Virus record (IMG/VR): IMGVR_UViG_3300006118_000024
Location: 1 to 34,330 of that record
DNA from: a virus
Lineage: Duplodnaviria; Caudoviricetes
Direction: 5' to 3' (one strand)
DNA: 34,330 nucleotides
The translations under genes were made by a program, and so were the position numbers. Shown piece by piece: positions 9,253 to 16,824 of the stretch. How positions within the stretch are numbered: the first letter of the stretch is position 1; the number at the start of each line of letters is the position of its first letter. Under the pieces are notes generated by a model. The model saw only the letters and a program-made list of their open reading frames with translations, had not been told where the DNA came from and did not search any database.

Positions 9253-9821
9253 AGTTTTCTGATACCGTATTGATAGCCAATTAATACGGTTTCAAGCTGT
9301 TCTGAAAAGATATTCACAAAAGCATCAATCGCTATTTTAGGCTGGTGTAGTACCCCTGGCATATCTTTCCATAGGTAGTCATCAAAAACCATAATTCCAC
9401 CAGGCTTTAGCATACGGAATGTTAAGCAAGCGTCCATTAGAACGTCTGGTGCTTGGTGGCTTCCGTCAATGTAAACAAAGTCAAACTCCATCTGCTGTCT
9501 GCGAATAGTATGAACGGACTTACCCATAAAAGAATAAACGCTTTGAGTAGGCTTCTTTGCAAGCTCAGTGTTGTGATTAAATTTTTGATACAAGTCGCGT
9601 GACTGCTCTGCGCTGTGTTCCTCGCTACCTTCCCATGTGTCATAGCAAAAGATAGCGCCATCGTCAGCCAAACCATTCTGTAAGAACCAACAAGTAGAGC
9701 GACCCTCGTAACTACCGACTTCAAGGAATAACTTGTTATCTGGCAAAAGACGCATCATCATCTTTAAGCCTTCAATGTTGTGGCTAAACCAGTCTTGTGA
9801 ATATTGATATTGTTTACTCAT
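9249..9821 (-). CDS. Class I SAM-dependent methyltransferase (Methyltransf_24-like)
   Basis: LEVGSYEGRST motif I, DTW, FDFVYIDGSH, LKPGGIMVFDDY; ATG at 9821 follows GGAG. Confidence 0.9.
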   Translation of the reverse strand: MSKQYQYSQDWFSHNIEGLKMMMRLLPDNKLFLEVGSYEGRSTCWFLQNGLADDGAIFCYDTWEGSEEHSAEQSRDLYQKFNHNTELAKKPTQSVYSFMGKSVHTIRRQQMEFDFVYIDGSHQAPDVLMDACLTFRMLKPGGIMVFDDYLWKDMPGVLHQPKIAIDAFVNIFSEQLETVLIGYQYGIRKL

Positions 9822-9918
9822 TACTATCTCCAAAAGGGTGGGGCTACTAACACTGTCTTGTCGAAGGACAATTTTTGTTATTTGTTAGTAAAAAAATTGT
9901 GTGCTTTCGCCCCATAAA

Positions 9919-10662
9919 CTATGCTGTTTGCAATAACTTGCCGTCAAACGCGTATGTTCCAATATGGCTTAATTCCACCCACGGAGCTGCATAAACTTTA
10001 CCGCCATGCTTGCGCCATTCTTGGCAGAAGTGATAATCCTCGGAAAGAAGTCTATTAGTGCCTTCCTCAATGCTAGTCGCAAAGTATTCATCAATCACGT
10101 TAGCCTTTAAGAAGCCGCCTAAATCCGTCATGTCGTTGGTGTAGGTTGGGACTTTGCCTTTTAATTGCTCAAATACTTCACGTTTAATCAGCATGAAGCC
10201 TGTGCCGCCATTCCAGATTTCTACTGGCTCATTAATTGGAATAGTGACTGAACCTTCGTATTCAACTAAATTGACTACAAACGCACCAGTATGGTTTTTA
10301 AGTTCCTCATTACTAACTCCGCGACCAATAGCGTCACGAACAGACTGCCAATTAATTTCCTTTTTGGGGTAAATACCACAGATAATGTCCTTATCAGCTT
10401 CAATCATTGGAAAAATTTGTTCTGGTTGAAATTTAATGTCAGCATCAATAAACATTAAATGCGTAGCCTTAGTGCTTAAGAAGCCGTGAACCAAAGAATT
10501 ACGCGCCCTAGTGATTAAGCTCTCATTAAACATAAAACTAAAGCTCAATGTAATGCCAGCGTCTTGCGCTTGCTTTTGTAGTGTTAGCATGGCTTGAGTA
10601 TAGTAGCCAGCACACATACCGCCATACATCGGCGTTGCAACAAATAAGTGTGTATTTTTCAT
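9919..10662 (-). CDS. GT-A fold glycosyltransferase-like protein
   Basis: VATPMYGG, ESLITRARN, FIDAD (DxD), GTGFMLIKREVF, SEDYHFC, H.G motifs. Confidence 0.85.
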   Translation of the reverse strand: MKNTHLFVATPMYGGMCAGYYTQAMLTLQKQAQDAGITLSFSFMFNESLITRARNSLVHGFLSTKATHLMFIDADIKFQPEQIFPMIEADKDIICGIYPKKEINWQSVRDAIGRGVSNEELKNHTGAFVVNLVEYEGSVTIPINEPVEIWNGGTGFMLIKREVFEQLKGKVPTYTNDMTDLGGFLKANVIDEYFATSIEEGTNRLLSEDYHFCQEWRKHGGKVYAAPWVELSHIGTYAFDGKLLQTA

Positions 10663-10663
10663 T

Positions 10664-10882
10664 TTAATCCCCGATTAGTTTATAAAATGCTACTTGGCAA
10701 TCATCCCCGTAGCGATTGGTTACTGTGCGTCTTTCAGCAATAATGTTGTGACCTTTGCACTTCAACTCAAAAATAATTGCGGCAAGCCTAGTCACTCCAT
10801 AAGCGTCAATTGCTTCTTTAGAGCTTATTTCACCTTGCGTCTTTAAGTGATTTAAAATTCTTTCTATCAATGTCGTTTTCAT
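10664..10882 (-). CDS. Winged helix-turn-helix protein (HTH_39-like)
   Basis: ILNHLK..GEISSKEA...YGVTRLAAIIFELK..GHNI pattern. Confidence 0.8.
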   Translation of the reverse strand: MKTTLIERILNHLKTQGEISSKEAIDAYGVTRLAAIIFELKCKGHNIIAERRTVTNRYGDDCQVAFYKLIGD

Positions 10883-11151
10883 TTTGTCACCTTCACAAAT
10901 GTATTAGCTGGATAGGTTCTTACGTCCCCGTCACTCCAAATTACCATTGCAAAACCTTCAGAATAAAACCAACATCCAAACAATGTTTGAGCATTACTAG
11001 ACTGCGTAAATGCTACCCATTGATTAACTTTGCCTGTGCATGGCGTTTCAGTTAAAACTATTCTCCCGCCATTTTGATTTGTTGTTTGCCAACTGTCTGC
11101 ATTGGCATTTAAAGACGCAACAGTCATTAATAGCGCAATAATCTTTTTCAT
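10879..11151 (-). CDS. Small secreted/periplasmic protein
   Basis: Sec signal MKKIIALLMTVASLNANA/; beta-rich mature region with two Cys. Confidence 0.75.
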   Translation of the reverse strand: MKKIIALLMTVASLNANADSWQTTNQNGGRIVLTETPCTGKVNQWVAFTQSSNAQTLFGCWFYSEGFAMVIWSDGDVRTYPANTFVKVTK

Positions 11152-11312
11152 TGCAATAACTCCTTTTTAATTAAGCCATCTACAAGTGATAGAACTTCAA
11201 TAAAAGATACCCGTCCCATTTCGTCACACTCCAGCTCAACAATCTTGTCATGGATTGCTTCTACTGCTTGGATATAACCTTGTTCGTAAGCGTGATAGAT
11301 TTCTTTCATCAT
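11148..11312 (-). CDS. Hypothetical 54-aa protein (not in ORF track)
   Basis: GAGGA RBS; MMKEIYHAYEQGYIQAVE...KKELLQ; ATGA overlap with the next gene. Confidence 0.65.
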   Translation of the reverse strand: MMKEIYHAYEQGYIQAVEAIHDKIVELECDEMGRVSFIEVLSLVDGLIKKELLQ

Positions 11313-11359
11313 GTCCTCGTATTAGTGGGGCTACCCGAAACGTATGCCCCGTTACGTTC

Positions 11360-11749
11360 TTAACGATTAAGCACGGGGCTTAATTCACCTTCGGGCTGGT
11401 GGGCTTCTATGTAAACTAAACATCTGCCGCCTTTAACTGCTTCCCCACGATGAACCTGTAAATAAAATACTTGGCTATCATCGTCATACACACCAGCGTC
11501 TTGTAAGCTATCTAGCACTGCTTTAATGCGATTATCTATGTCCGTCTTACGTCTATCCCTTGGCTGTAAAATAATCACGACTTTAAGCGGCGCATCTCCG
11601 AGTTTAGGAACTTTCTCGTCAATAACATACTTAGCAACATCCTCTTTGAACTTCCGACCTTCAGCCGATATAAAGCGGCGATGACCATTAGCTCTCCAAT
11701 AAGCGTTGATGCTGGGTGGATAAGGTAGCATTAAGGCTAAGTTTACCAA
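11360..11749 (-). CDS. rusA: RusA family Holliday junction resolvase
   Basis: LPYPPSINAYWR, RDRRKTDIDNRIKAVLDSL..AGVYDDDSQV catalytic motifs. Confidence 0.92.
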   Translation of the reverse strand: MVNLALMLPYPPSINAYWRANGHRRFISAEGRKFKEDVAKYVIDEKVPKLGDAPLKVVIILQPRDRRKTDIDNRIKAVLDSLQDAGVYDDDSQVFYLQVHRGEAVKGGRCLVYIEAHQPEGELSPVLNR

Positions 11750-12024
11750 GGCACTTCGTCCTCATTAACGCCGCTATTTACTTCTACTGGATACTCTTTC
11801 GCTGGTGCTTGACCGCTAGGTTTCCAAGTATCTTGTTTAAGGCTAAATAGCGTCCCTTTATTGGTATCACGTTGCCATGCACCAATTTTAATAATGTCAC
11901 CAGCTTTAGCGTCCTCTGCTAACATGATTTGACCCGTGAAGTCTGGCGACTTAGGATTTGTTTTCTTATGGTTGGTAAATAAAACGCCGATACCAAAATC
12001 AGCTTTGTGTTGGTTTTCTGCCAT
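11743..12024 (-). CDS. Putative single-stranded DNA-binding protein
   Basis: G.LF.N.KK.NPKSPDFTG...GAW OB-like motifs; acidic-aromatic C-tail EDEVPW; adjacent to the recombinase. Confidence 0.7.
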   Translation of the reverse strand: MAENQHKADFGIGVLFTNHKKTNPKSPDFTGQIMLAEDAKAGDIIKIGAWQRDTNKGTLFSLKQDTWKPSGQAPAKEYPVEVNSGVNEDEVPW

Positions 12025-12026
12025 AA

Positions 12027-12821
12027 CTAACCTTTCATGTGTCCTCTAGCAATGTTGATAATCCCGACAAGTTTAATCTTGTCTTTCGGGTCTAGGTTGC
12101 TAACAAAGGTTTCATTAGCATCGCGTAGCTCTTGGATTTTAGCTTCTTTATCCTCTACAGAGTATTTTGGGCTTTTCTCAATTCTATCTACAAGCGCACC
12201 AAAAGCACCTATCCAGCTATCTACATTCGCATGATAACTATAAGGCTCATTACCAGCAGGAAGCCAAAGAGCAATGCCCGTAGGATTTGGATTATTATTC
12301 TCGCGTAGTATCTCAACTTCGCCCATGTCTTTGATTGTCGGTTTATTATCAAAATCTTGCACTTCCTCTACTGAATAATGACCTAAAATGCAAGCAGGAT
12401 AGATACTACGAACCGCACGGCTAATTACACGAGCGCGTAGCATATCCTCTGGATATTTCTCCCACCCACTGCCAGCACGATATAGCCCTGCTTGTTTAGC
12501 CATATCTATTGTCCATTCAACTGTGATAGAACCGCCAGCCTCATGCGTAAATGTCCCCACGCACTTAGTCCTAGTGTTTTCTACCCACTGCACCTTGCCG
12601 CCAGCTAATTGAAACCTAGCTAAGATAGCTTGCGTCTTTAACGCTGGTCTTCCTTGAATAATGTCATACTCTTGCACTACTGTCGCTGGATGTTTATTCT
12701 CAGCTTGAGCAACTAGCATCACTGCCATGACTTGCTCTTTAGTTTTAAATCCATAAAAGCCAGAAGCAACAATACTTTCAGCCATTACAGTCATATCATT
12801 TACAGGAATAATTGCACTCAT
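12027..12821 (-). CDS. RecT/Red-beta-like single-strand annealing protein
   Basis: IIQGRPAL, WTIDMAKQAGL, WEKYPEDMLRARVISRAVR...P..ILG.YS.EE motifs; next to the YqaJ exonuclease. Confidence 0.85.
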   Translation of the reverse strand: MSAIIPVNDMTVMAESIVASGFYGFKTKEQVMAVMLVAQAENKHPATVVQEYDIIQGRPALKTQAILARFQLAGGKVQWVENTRTKCVGTFTHEAGGSITVEWTIDMAKQAGLYRAGSGWEKYPEDMLRARVISRAVRSIYPACILGHYSVEEVQDFDNKPTIKDMGEVEILRENNNPNPTGIALWLPAGNEPYSYHANVDSWIGAFGALVDRIEKSPKYSVEDKEAKIQELRDANETFVSNLDPKDKIKLVGIINIARGHMKG

Positions 12822-12997
12822 CGTTTACTCCTTTCAGCAATCATTTGTTCAGCAATATCAAAAGCCGCACTAGGCATCCTCTGACCCACTTCAGCGCTTT
12901 CAATCATTGGAATTAATGCCATCATAGCCAGACCAGCATAAAAGTCGCGTAAAACGTCTGTATATTCCTCGTCTGTATGAACAAAGTCGGTAGCCAT
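12818..12997 (-). CDS. Phage hypothetical 59-aa protein (not in ORF track)
   Basis: AAGGA RBS; LRDFYAGLAM...AFDIAEQMIAER matches a common small phage protein pattern. Confidence 0.75.
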   Translation of the reverse strand: MATDFVHTDEEYTDVLRDFYAGLAMMALIPMIESAEVGQRMPSAAFDIAEQMIAERSKR

Positions 12998-13000
12998 GTT

Positions 13001-13906
13001 TTATCCTTTCACCAAAAAGCGGCGTGAGCCTGGTTGTTCAATAACAAATTGTTCGTAAATGTCGGGCATGGCTTGTTTGAATAAATCAGCATTAAAGCGC
13101 TTGCTTGGCTTGCTAGTTTTCCATGAAACGAGGGTTTTACCTTCAAATGTCACAATTTCACTATGCTCGCCCATAATCGCACGAACTTTTGCTTCTAGCT
13201 CGTCAGCTTTATCCTCGTATTGCTTGATTAAATCTTTAATCTCACGCAATGCGTAGCATCCCTGCTCTAGTGACTGTGTAGCAACTAACCTACTACCATT
13301 GTCAATTGGATAAAGTAGCTTGGTTTGCTCTATTGTTTCGGGTTCGGGCAAGGTATCTGTATGAACGTGACCCCAAAAGACCGCCATTTGTTTAATAACG
13401 TCTTCTTTCATTTGCTCGGTAACGTCTAGCTCAATCGTTACGAACTCTTGACCACCGAAAAGCACGGCTAGAACTGCTTTATCTACTTGGTGAACTGCGG
13501 CTTCATGCACTAGCTGGACATAATCAGCAATAGGCATCCTGTTACTGTCAGCATCAAACTTGTTCCTAGCGCCAGCATTGTAGTTTTTGGCTTCCACCAG
13601 CACTCGCCCATCGCTACTAATGAAGTCAAAATGAGAGCGTAGCCAGCTATGATTAGGGTGAGTGAGCATATAGTCAGCATCTTTTAACTCCATTTGTAAT
13701 TTTGATTGTGCTAATTGACCAATAATAGGTTGCATAACATGACCCATCTGCACGGCTTCAATACCGCTTAAGTCTGGTCTTTCCATCTTGCCTTGCTTCT
13801 GCATGATGACTTCAATTGCTTTGCCGTTGACTGCTTGGCGGCTATCACTAGCCCACCATGCGGAATTGCGTATCTCTGGCTCAAAATCGCTTCTATCGTT
13901 TGCCAT
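13001..13906 (-). CDS. YqaJ/lambda-exonuclease-like recombination nuclease
   Basis: HP...WLRSHFD, LVEAK (PD-(D/E)xK), Y.QL.H, AVLFGG, FW motifs; SRRFLVK C-terminus. Confidence 0.88.
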   Translation of the reverse strand: MANDRSDFEPEIRNSAWWASDSRQAVNGKAIEVIMQKQGKMERPDLSGIEAVQMGHVMQPIIGQLAQSKLQMELKDADYMLTHPNHSWLRSHFDFISSDGRVLVEAKNYNAGARNKFDADSNRMPIADYVQLVHEAAVHQVDKAVLAVLFGGQEFVTIELDVTEQMKEDVIKQMAVFWGHVHTDTLPEPETIEQTKLLYPIDNGSRLVATQSLEQGCYALREIKDLIKQYEDKADELEAKVRAIMGEHSEIVTFEGKTLVSWKTSKPSKRFNADLFKQAMPDIYEQFVIEQPGSRRFLVKG

Positions 13907-13927
13907 AATAAGTTTCTCCGTTAAGAA

Positions 13928-14122
13928 TTAAAAAGGTTGTGAAGGTATTTCACTAGGAATTACAGGCTCAAACAATCTAGCCTCTTTACCGCATACGCTA
14001 ATACCTCGCAAGGTTTCAGCACGATAAAACTTTAGCGTCCCGTCAATCGGGCTTTCGTCTGCTGTTTTTGGGTTGCGGCAAGTGTTACCGCGTAGGTGAA
14101 CGCAATCAATACAATATTTCAT
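13928..14122 (-). CDS. Small Cys-rich (Zn-binding-like) protein, 64 aa
   Basis: CIDC.H....C...CG.EARLFEP; first gene after the predicted promoter. Confidence 0.7.
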   Translation of the reverse strand: MKYCIDCVHLRGNTCRNPKTADESPIDGTLKFYRAETLRGISVCGKEARLFEPVIPSEIPSQPF

Positions 14123-14156
14123 TTGGTTTGTCCCGTTAAGAATGATAGGAAAGCGT

Positions 14157-14185
14157 AGGTTAGGTGATTAGTATTGTATTGTCAA
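14157..14185 (-). promoter_or_regulatory. Sigma70-type promoter for the recombination operon
   Basis: Minus strand TTGACA (14185-14180), 17 nt, TAACCT (14162-14157). Confidence 0.7.
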
Positions 14186-14199
14186 CTACTATTTTATGT

Positions 14200-14272
14200 G
14201 TCACTGTGGGCGCGTATCGTCCTCCATGATACAGGGTGTCATTTTAAAGCCTCTTAATCGGGGCTTTTTTTT
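14200..14272 (+). ncRNA. Candidate small RNA (hairpin with CCUCC loop plus terminator)
   Basis: GGCGC-GTATCGT-CCTCC-ATGATAC-agg-GTGTC stem whose G-U pairs form only on the + strand, followed by an intrinsic terminator. Confidence 0.35.
14246..14272 (+). terminator. Intrinsic terminator
   Basis: AAAGCCTC-ttaatc-GGGGCTTT within a T8 run. Confidence 0.7.
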
Positions 14273-14305
14273 CGTCTATTACACGCGTATAAGAAAACCA
14301 CTACT

Positions 14306-14460
14306 TGTGGATAATTCTGTGGATAACTTGTGGATAACTCATGTGCCATACTATTACATATATATAAATATATATTAACCAATACATATTGGTTAAATAC
14401 CTATATTTATTATTTCTATTATCTAGTATCTATATAGGGTTGATTAAAAAATAAGCAATG
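14306..14460. other. Putative DnaA-dependent replication origin
   Basis: TGTGGATAA (reverse complement of TTATCCACA) at 14306, 14318 and 14329, followed by about 120 bp of very AT-rich DNA containing inverted repeat TTAACCAAT/ATTGGTTAA. Confidence 0.75.
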
Positions 14461-14520
14461 CAAAATAAAGCGATTAAACGAACGATTAATTAAAGACCTA
14501 TGTAATGAGATTAAAGACAA

Positions 14521-14543
14521 TAAAAAACCGCCCTAAGGCGGCT
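14521..14543 (-). terminator. Intrinsic terminator ending the early operon
   Basis: Minus strand AGCCGCC-ttag-GGCGGTT TTTT, just after the stop of 14561..14731. Confidence 0.85.
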
Positions 14544-14560
14544 TAAAATTAAAACTAGGG

Positions 14561-14731
14561 CTATTGTCTAGGATATTTACCTGTCAACACAATGTGTTTT
14601 TTGCTTTGGTATAAGTAAAACGATTGTTTTACCCATTGACGGCGTAAATGCCAGTCCTCAAATAAATCATAAGAACGGGCGATTAATTCACGTAGCGTGG
14701 GCGTGTGCATTTTATATTGTTCAGTTTTCAT
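14561..14731 (-). CDS. Hypothetical 56-aa early protein (not in ORF track)
   Basis: AGGGGG RBS; MKTEQYKMHTPTLRELIARSYDLFEDWHLRRQWVKQ...KYPRQ; ends just before the terminator. Confidence 0.65.
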   Translation of the reverse strand: MKTEQYKMHTPTLRELIARSYDLFEDWHLRRQWVKQSFYLYQSKKHIVLTGKYPRQ

Positions 14732-14954
14732 AGTTACCCCCTAAAATTGTATCAATAGCGTTTTCAACTACAAGCCAATTTATACCTTCGTTTGCATCAA
14801 ACGTATAAGCCAATAACTCTATAACCTTTTTGCATTGTTCATCATTAAGCAAAGGTTCATCCCTGCTACTTTGCACACTTTGAATATCGTCACACCCCCA
14901 AACGTCATGCAATTCTATAGCGCCGTTTTCATTAGTAAAAATATGAGCCATCAT
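14721..14954 (-). CDS. Hypothetical acidic early protein
   Basis: Coupled operon member; W..DDI...L.DEQC..V.....DAN.GINW pattern. Confidence 0.75.
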   Translation of the reverse strand: MMAHIFTNENGAIELHDVWGCDDIQSVQSSRDEPLLNDEQCKKVIELLAYTFDANEGINWLVVENAIDTILGGNYEN

Positions 14955-15145
14955 TTCACCTCTACAATTTTGGTTAGTAAAACTTTATCATCGCTAACAA
15001 TTTCATAATCGCACCAATTAGCGCAAGTAGGCGTATCAATAAAATTTACTATGGATTTTGCTTCTGTTTCGCTTTCCGCCTCTATTACATACCACACGTT
15101 TACAGTGCATTGCACTAGCTGGTTTACTCTAAATTTAGCCATCAT
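14951..15145 (-). CDS. Hypothetical early protein
   Basis: GAGG RBS; IEAESETEA motif common in small phage early proteins. Confidence 0.75.
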   Translation of the reverse strand: MMAKFRVNQLVQCTVNVWYVIEAESETEAKSIVNFIDTPTCANWCDYEIVSDDKVLLTKIVEVK

Positions 15146-15342
15146 TGCACCTCGCTATTGATTGCGTTATTAATTGCGTCCTCAATTAAGTAATACAGCT
15201 CTTGTCCGCGTATCGTGTTTTCGGTTGAGCCATCAATTAGCATATTAATGCACTCATCATTCATGTCTAATTCATCAATAACCGAAAAATAAACGCTTTC
15301 GGCGATTTCACTAATACTGTGCAAATCGGTATTTAATGACAT
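15142..15342 (-). CDS. Highly acidic early protein, 66 aa
   Basis: AGGGG RBS; many Asp/Glu, a single Arg and no Lys. Confidence 0.75.
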   Translation of the reverse strand: MSLNTDLHSISEIAESVYFSVIDELDMNDECINMLIDGSTENTIRGQELYYLIEDAINNAINSEVQ

Positions 15343-15352
15343 GATTAAGCCC

Positions 15353-15445
15353 CTATAAAATGATTAAAGAGATAATAAGCGCTGGCACAATGTAGCAAGC
15401 CAGCATAAGAATAAAAGCGCCGTTAGTGAAGTATCGGTTTTTCAT
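15353..15445 (-). CDS. 30-aa single-TM peptide (not in ORF track)
   Basis: MKNRYFTNGAFILMLACYIVPALIISLIIL; ATGA coupling with the upstream micro-ORF. Confidence 0.5.
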   Translation of the reverse strand: MKNRYFTNGAFILMLACYIVPALIISLIIL

Positions 15446-15528
15446 TGCTTACCGCCTTTCAATGTAAAGTTAAACTCTTTTTGTAGCGTTAGCGCATGGC
15501 GCATTATTTGAAATATTGCGTAATTCAT
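15442..15528 (-). CDS. 28-aa micro-ORF (not in ORF track)
   Basis: TAGGGGCTTAA leader shared with neighbouring genes; MNYAIFQIMRHALTLQKEFNFTLKGGKQ. Confidence 0.5.
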   Translation of the reverse strand: MNYAIFQIMRHALTLQKEFNFTLKGGKQ

Positions 15529-15619
15529 TTTAAGCCCCTATAACATTAAGAAAATGATTGATTAATATCAATCCATAAGCGCCCTAGATTAAATCGGTCT
15601 AAGGCGTTTAAAAGTGATA

Positions 15620-16477
15620 TTAAGCCGCTAAACTTTCATCAATTGATAAAGCGCCCTCGTTTTTGATAAAATCCGCCGCTTTTTGTGCTAACGCCGCCGC
15701 TTTAAAAATCGCCTTGTTATCGTCGCGACAAGCCTTAAGCCAGCTTTCAATATAGCCAGCATGGCGTAAATCGCCTTGAATTTTATAATCCGCACATAGG
15801 AAAGCCGCGCTAATTTCCGCAACCAATTCTTCAAAGGCGTAAGCTGGATTGCCGTATCGCCCTTTATCTAGCTGGCGGTCTAAGCGGTGTTTAGCGCCCG
15901 TCCAATGTGCTAATTCATGAAAGGCTGTAGCGTAATAGTGAGAGTCACTGTCAAAGGCGCTTGGGTTCGGTAACTGGATAGAGTCACTACTTGGCATATA
16001 AAAAGCAGCATCGCCGCCGTGATTGATAATAGCGCCAGTCTCTTTTATTTTGCTTTCAATCGCTGGAATTGGATTAAAAGGTTCGCTAGGTTCGACGCTT
16101 GGCATAATCTTAATATCGGTTTGCTCCGCATTGAATACAAAATACGTTTTTAATACAGCAAATCGGTTTGACTCGGTATCGCCGCTATCGTTTACGCTCT
16201 CTTTTGTTACTTGCTTAAAGAATACAATTTCAGTGGCTTTTTCACCTTTTTTAACTTGCACGCCTTTTTCTTGCCACTGTTTATATGTAGCCCAAGCTGG
16301 AGAAGTAAATCCTGCCATACCTAAGATTAAAGTATTAATACCTTGATAAGGCTTTTGACTGATAAAATTCTTATCGGCCGTGCTATCGGCGCGCCATGGC
16401 TTAACCCAAGGTATCGCGCCCTTTTCCAATTGTGCAATTATGCTATCAGTTACTTTTTGATATACAGCGTTTGACAT
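15620..16477 (-). CDS. ardC: ArdC-family antirestriction protein (ssDNA-binding N-domain plus zincin domain)
   Basis: YQKVTDSII.QLE.G.IPW.KPW, Y.GIN, W.TYKQW...G.QVKKGEK, VFNAEQ, AFY.PSSD.I.LP, HELAHWTG, YAFEELVAE, HAGYI.SW. Confidence 0.93.
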   Translation of the reverse strand: MSNAVYQKVTDSIIAQLEKGAIPWVKPWRADSTADKNFISQKPYQGINTLILGMAGFTSPAWATYKQWQEKGVQVKKGEKATEIVFFKQVTKESVNDSGDTESNRFAVLKTYFVFNAEQTDIKIMPSVEPSEPFNPIPAIESKIKETGAIINHGGDAAFYMPSSDSIQLPNPSAFDSDSHYYATAFHELAHWTGAKHRLDRQLDKGRYGNPAYAFEELVAEISAAFLCADYKIQGDLRHAGYIESWLKACRDDNKAIFKAAALAQKAADFIKNEGALSIDESLAA

Positions 16478-16520
16478 GATTAAAGCCCTTTATATACGTT
16501 AAGAATTTATTACAGGTATA

Positions 16521-16550
16521 ACAGTATCATATTATTAATAGTAGTGTAAA
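16521..16550 (-). promoter_or_regulatory. Probable early promoter for the ardC operon
   Basis: Minus strand TTTACA, 18 nt, TACTGT with an extended-10 TG (or 16 nt, GATACT); AT-rich upstream. Confidence 0.5.
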
Positions 16551-16695
16551 CATATTATTTAAATATATTTATATACTACCAATATAGCTATATATATATA
16601 TAAGGTATAAATACCAATATATAGGTAACTATATATAAATCATATTAGCCAGCTATGAGAATGAGCGATAAGAACGGGGGGTATATACACTCCCC

Positions 16696-16824
16696 GCGTT
16701 ATATAAAACAATATAATCGCCCTAGTCTCGCTTTAATATGGGCGGCGATACATTCATATTAATTAATATTAAATATTGCGTTATACGCGCTTATATAGCG
16801 TTATATGGCTATTGTGGCGTTATA
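16696..16824. repeat. Short GCGTTATA repeats in the divergent non-coding region
   Basis: Exact copies at 16696, 16778, 16798 and 16817, plus GCGCTTATA at 16787. Confidence 0.7.

Noticed and set aside
9249-9821. Methyltransferase as a DNA methyltransferase
   Set aside because: It lacks DPPY/NPPY or PC catalytic motifs and matches small-molecule/glycan O-methyltransferase patterns.
14196-14378. 60-aa ORF containing VDNSVDNLWIT
   Set aside because: It is a translation of the DnaA boxes, terminator and AT-rich tract; it has no RBS and opposes the strand of neighbouring genes.
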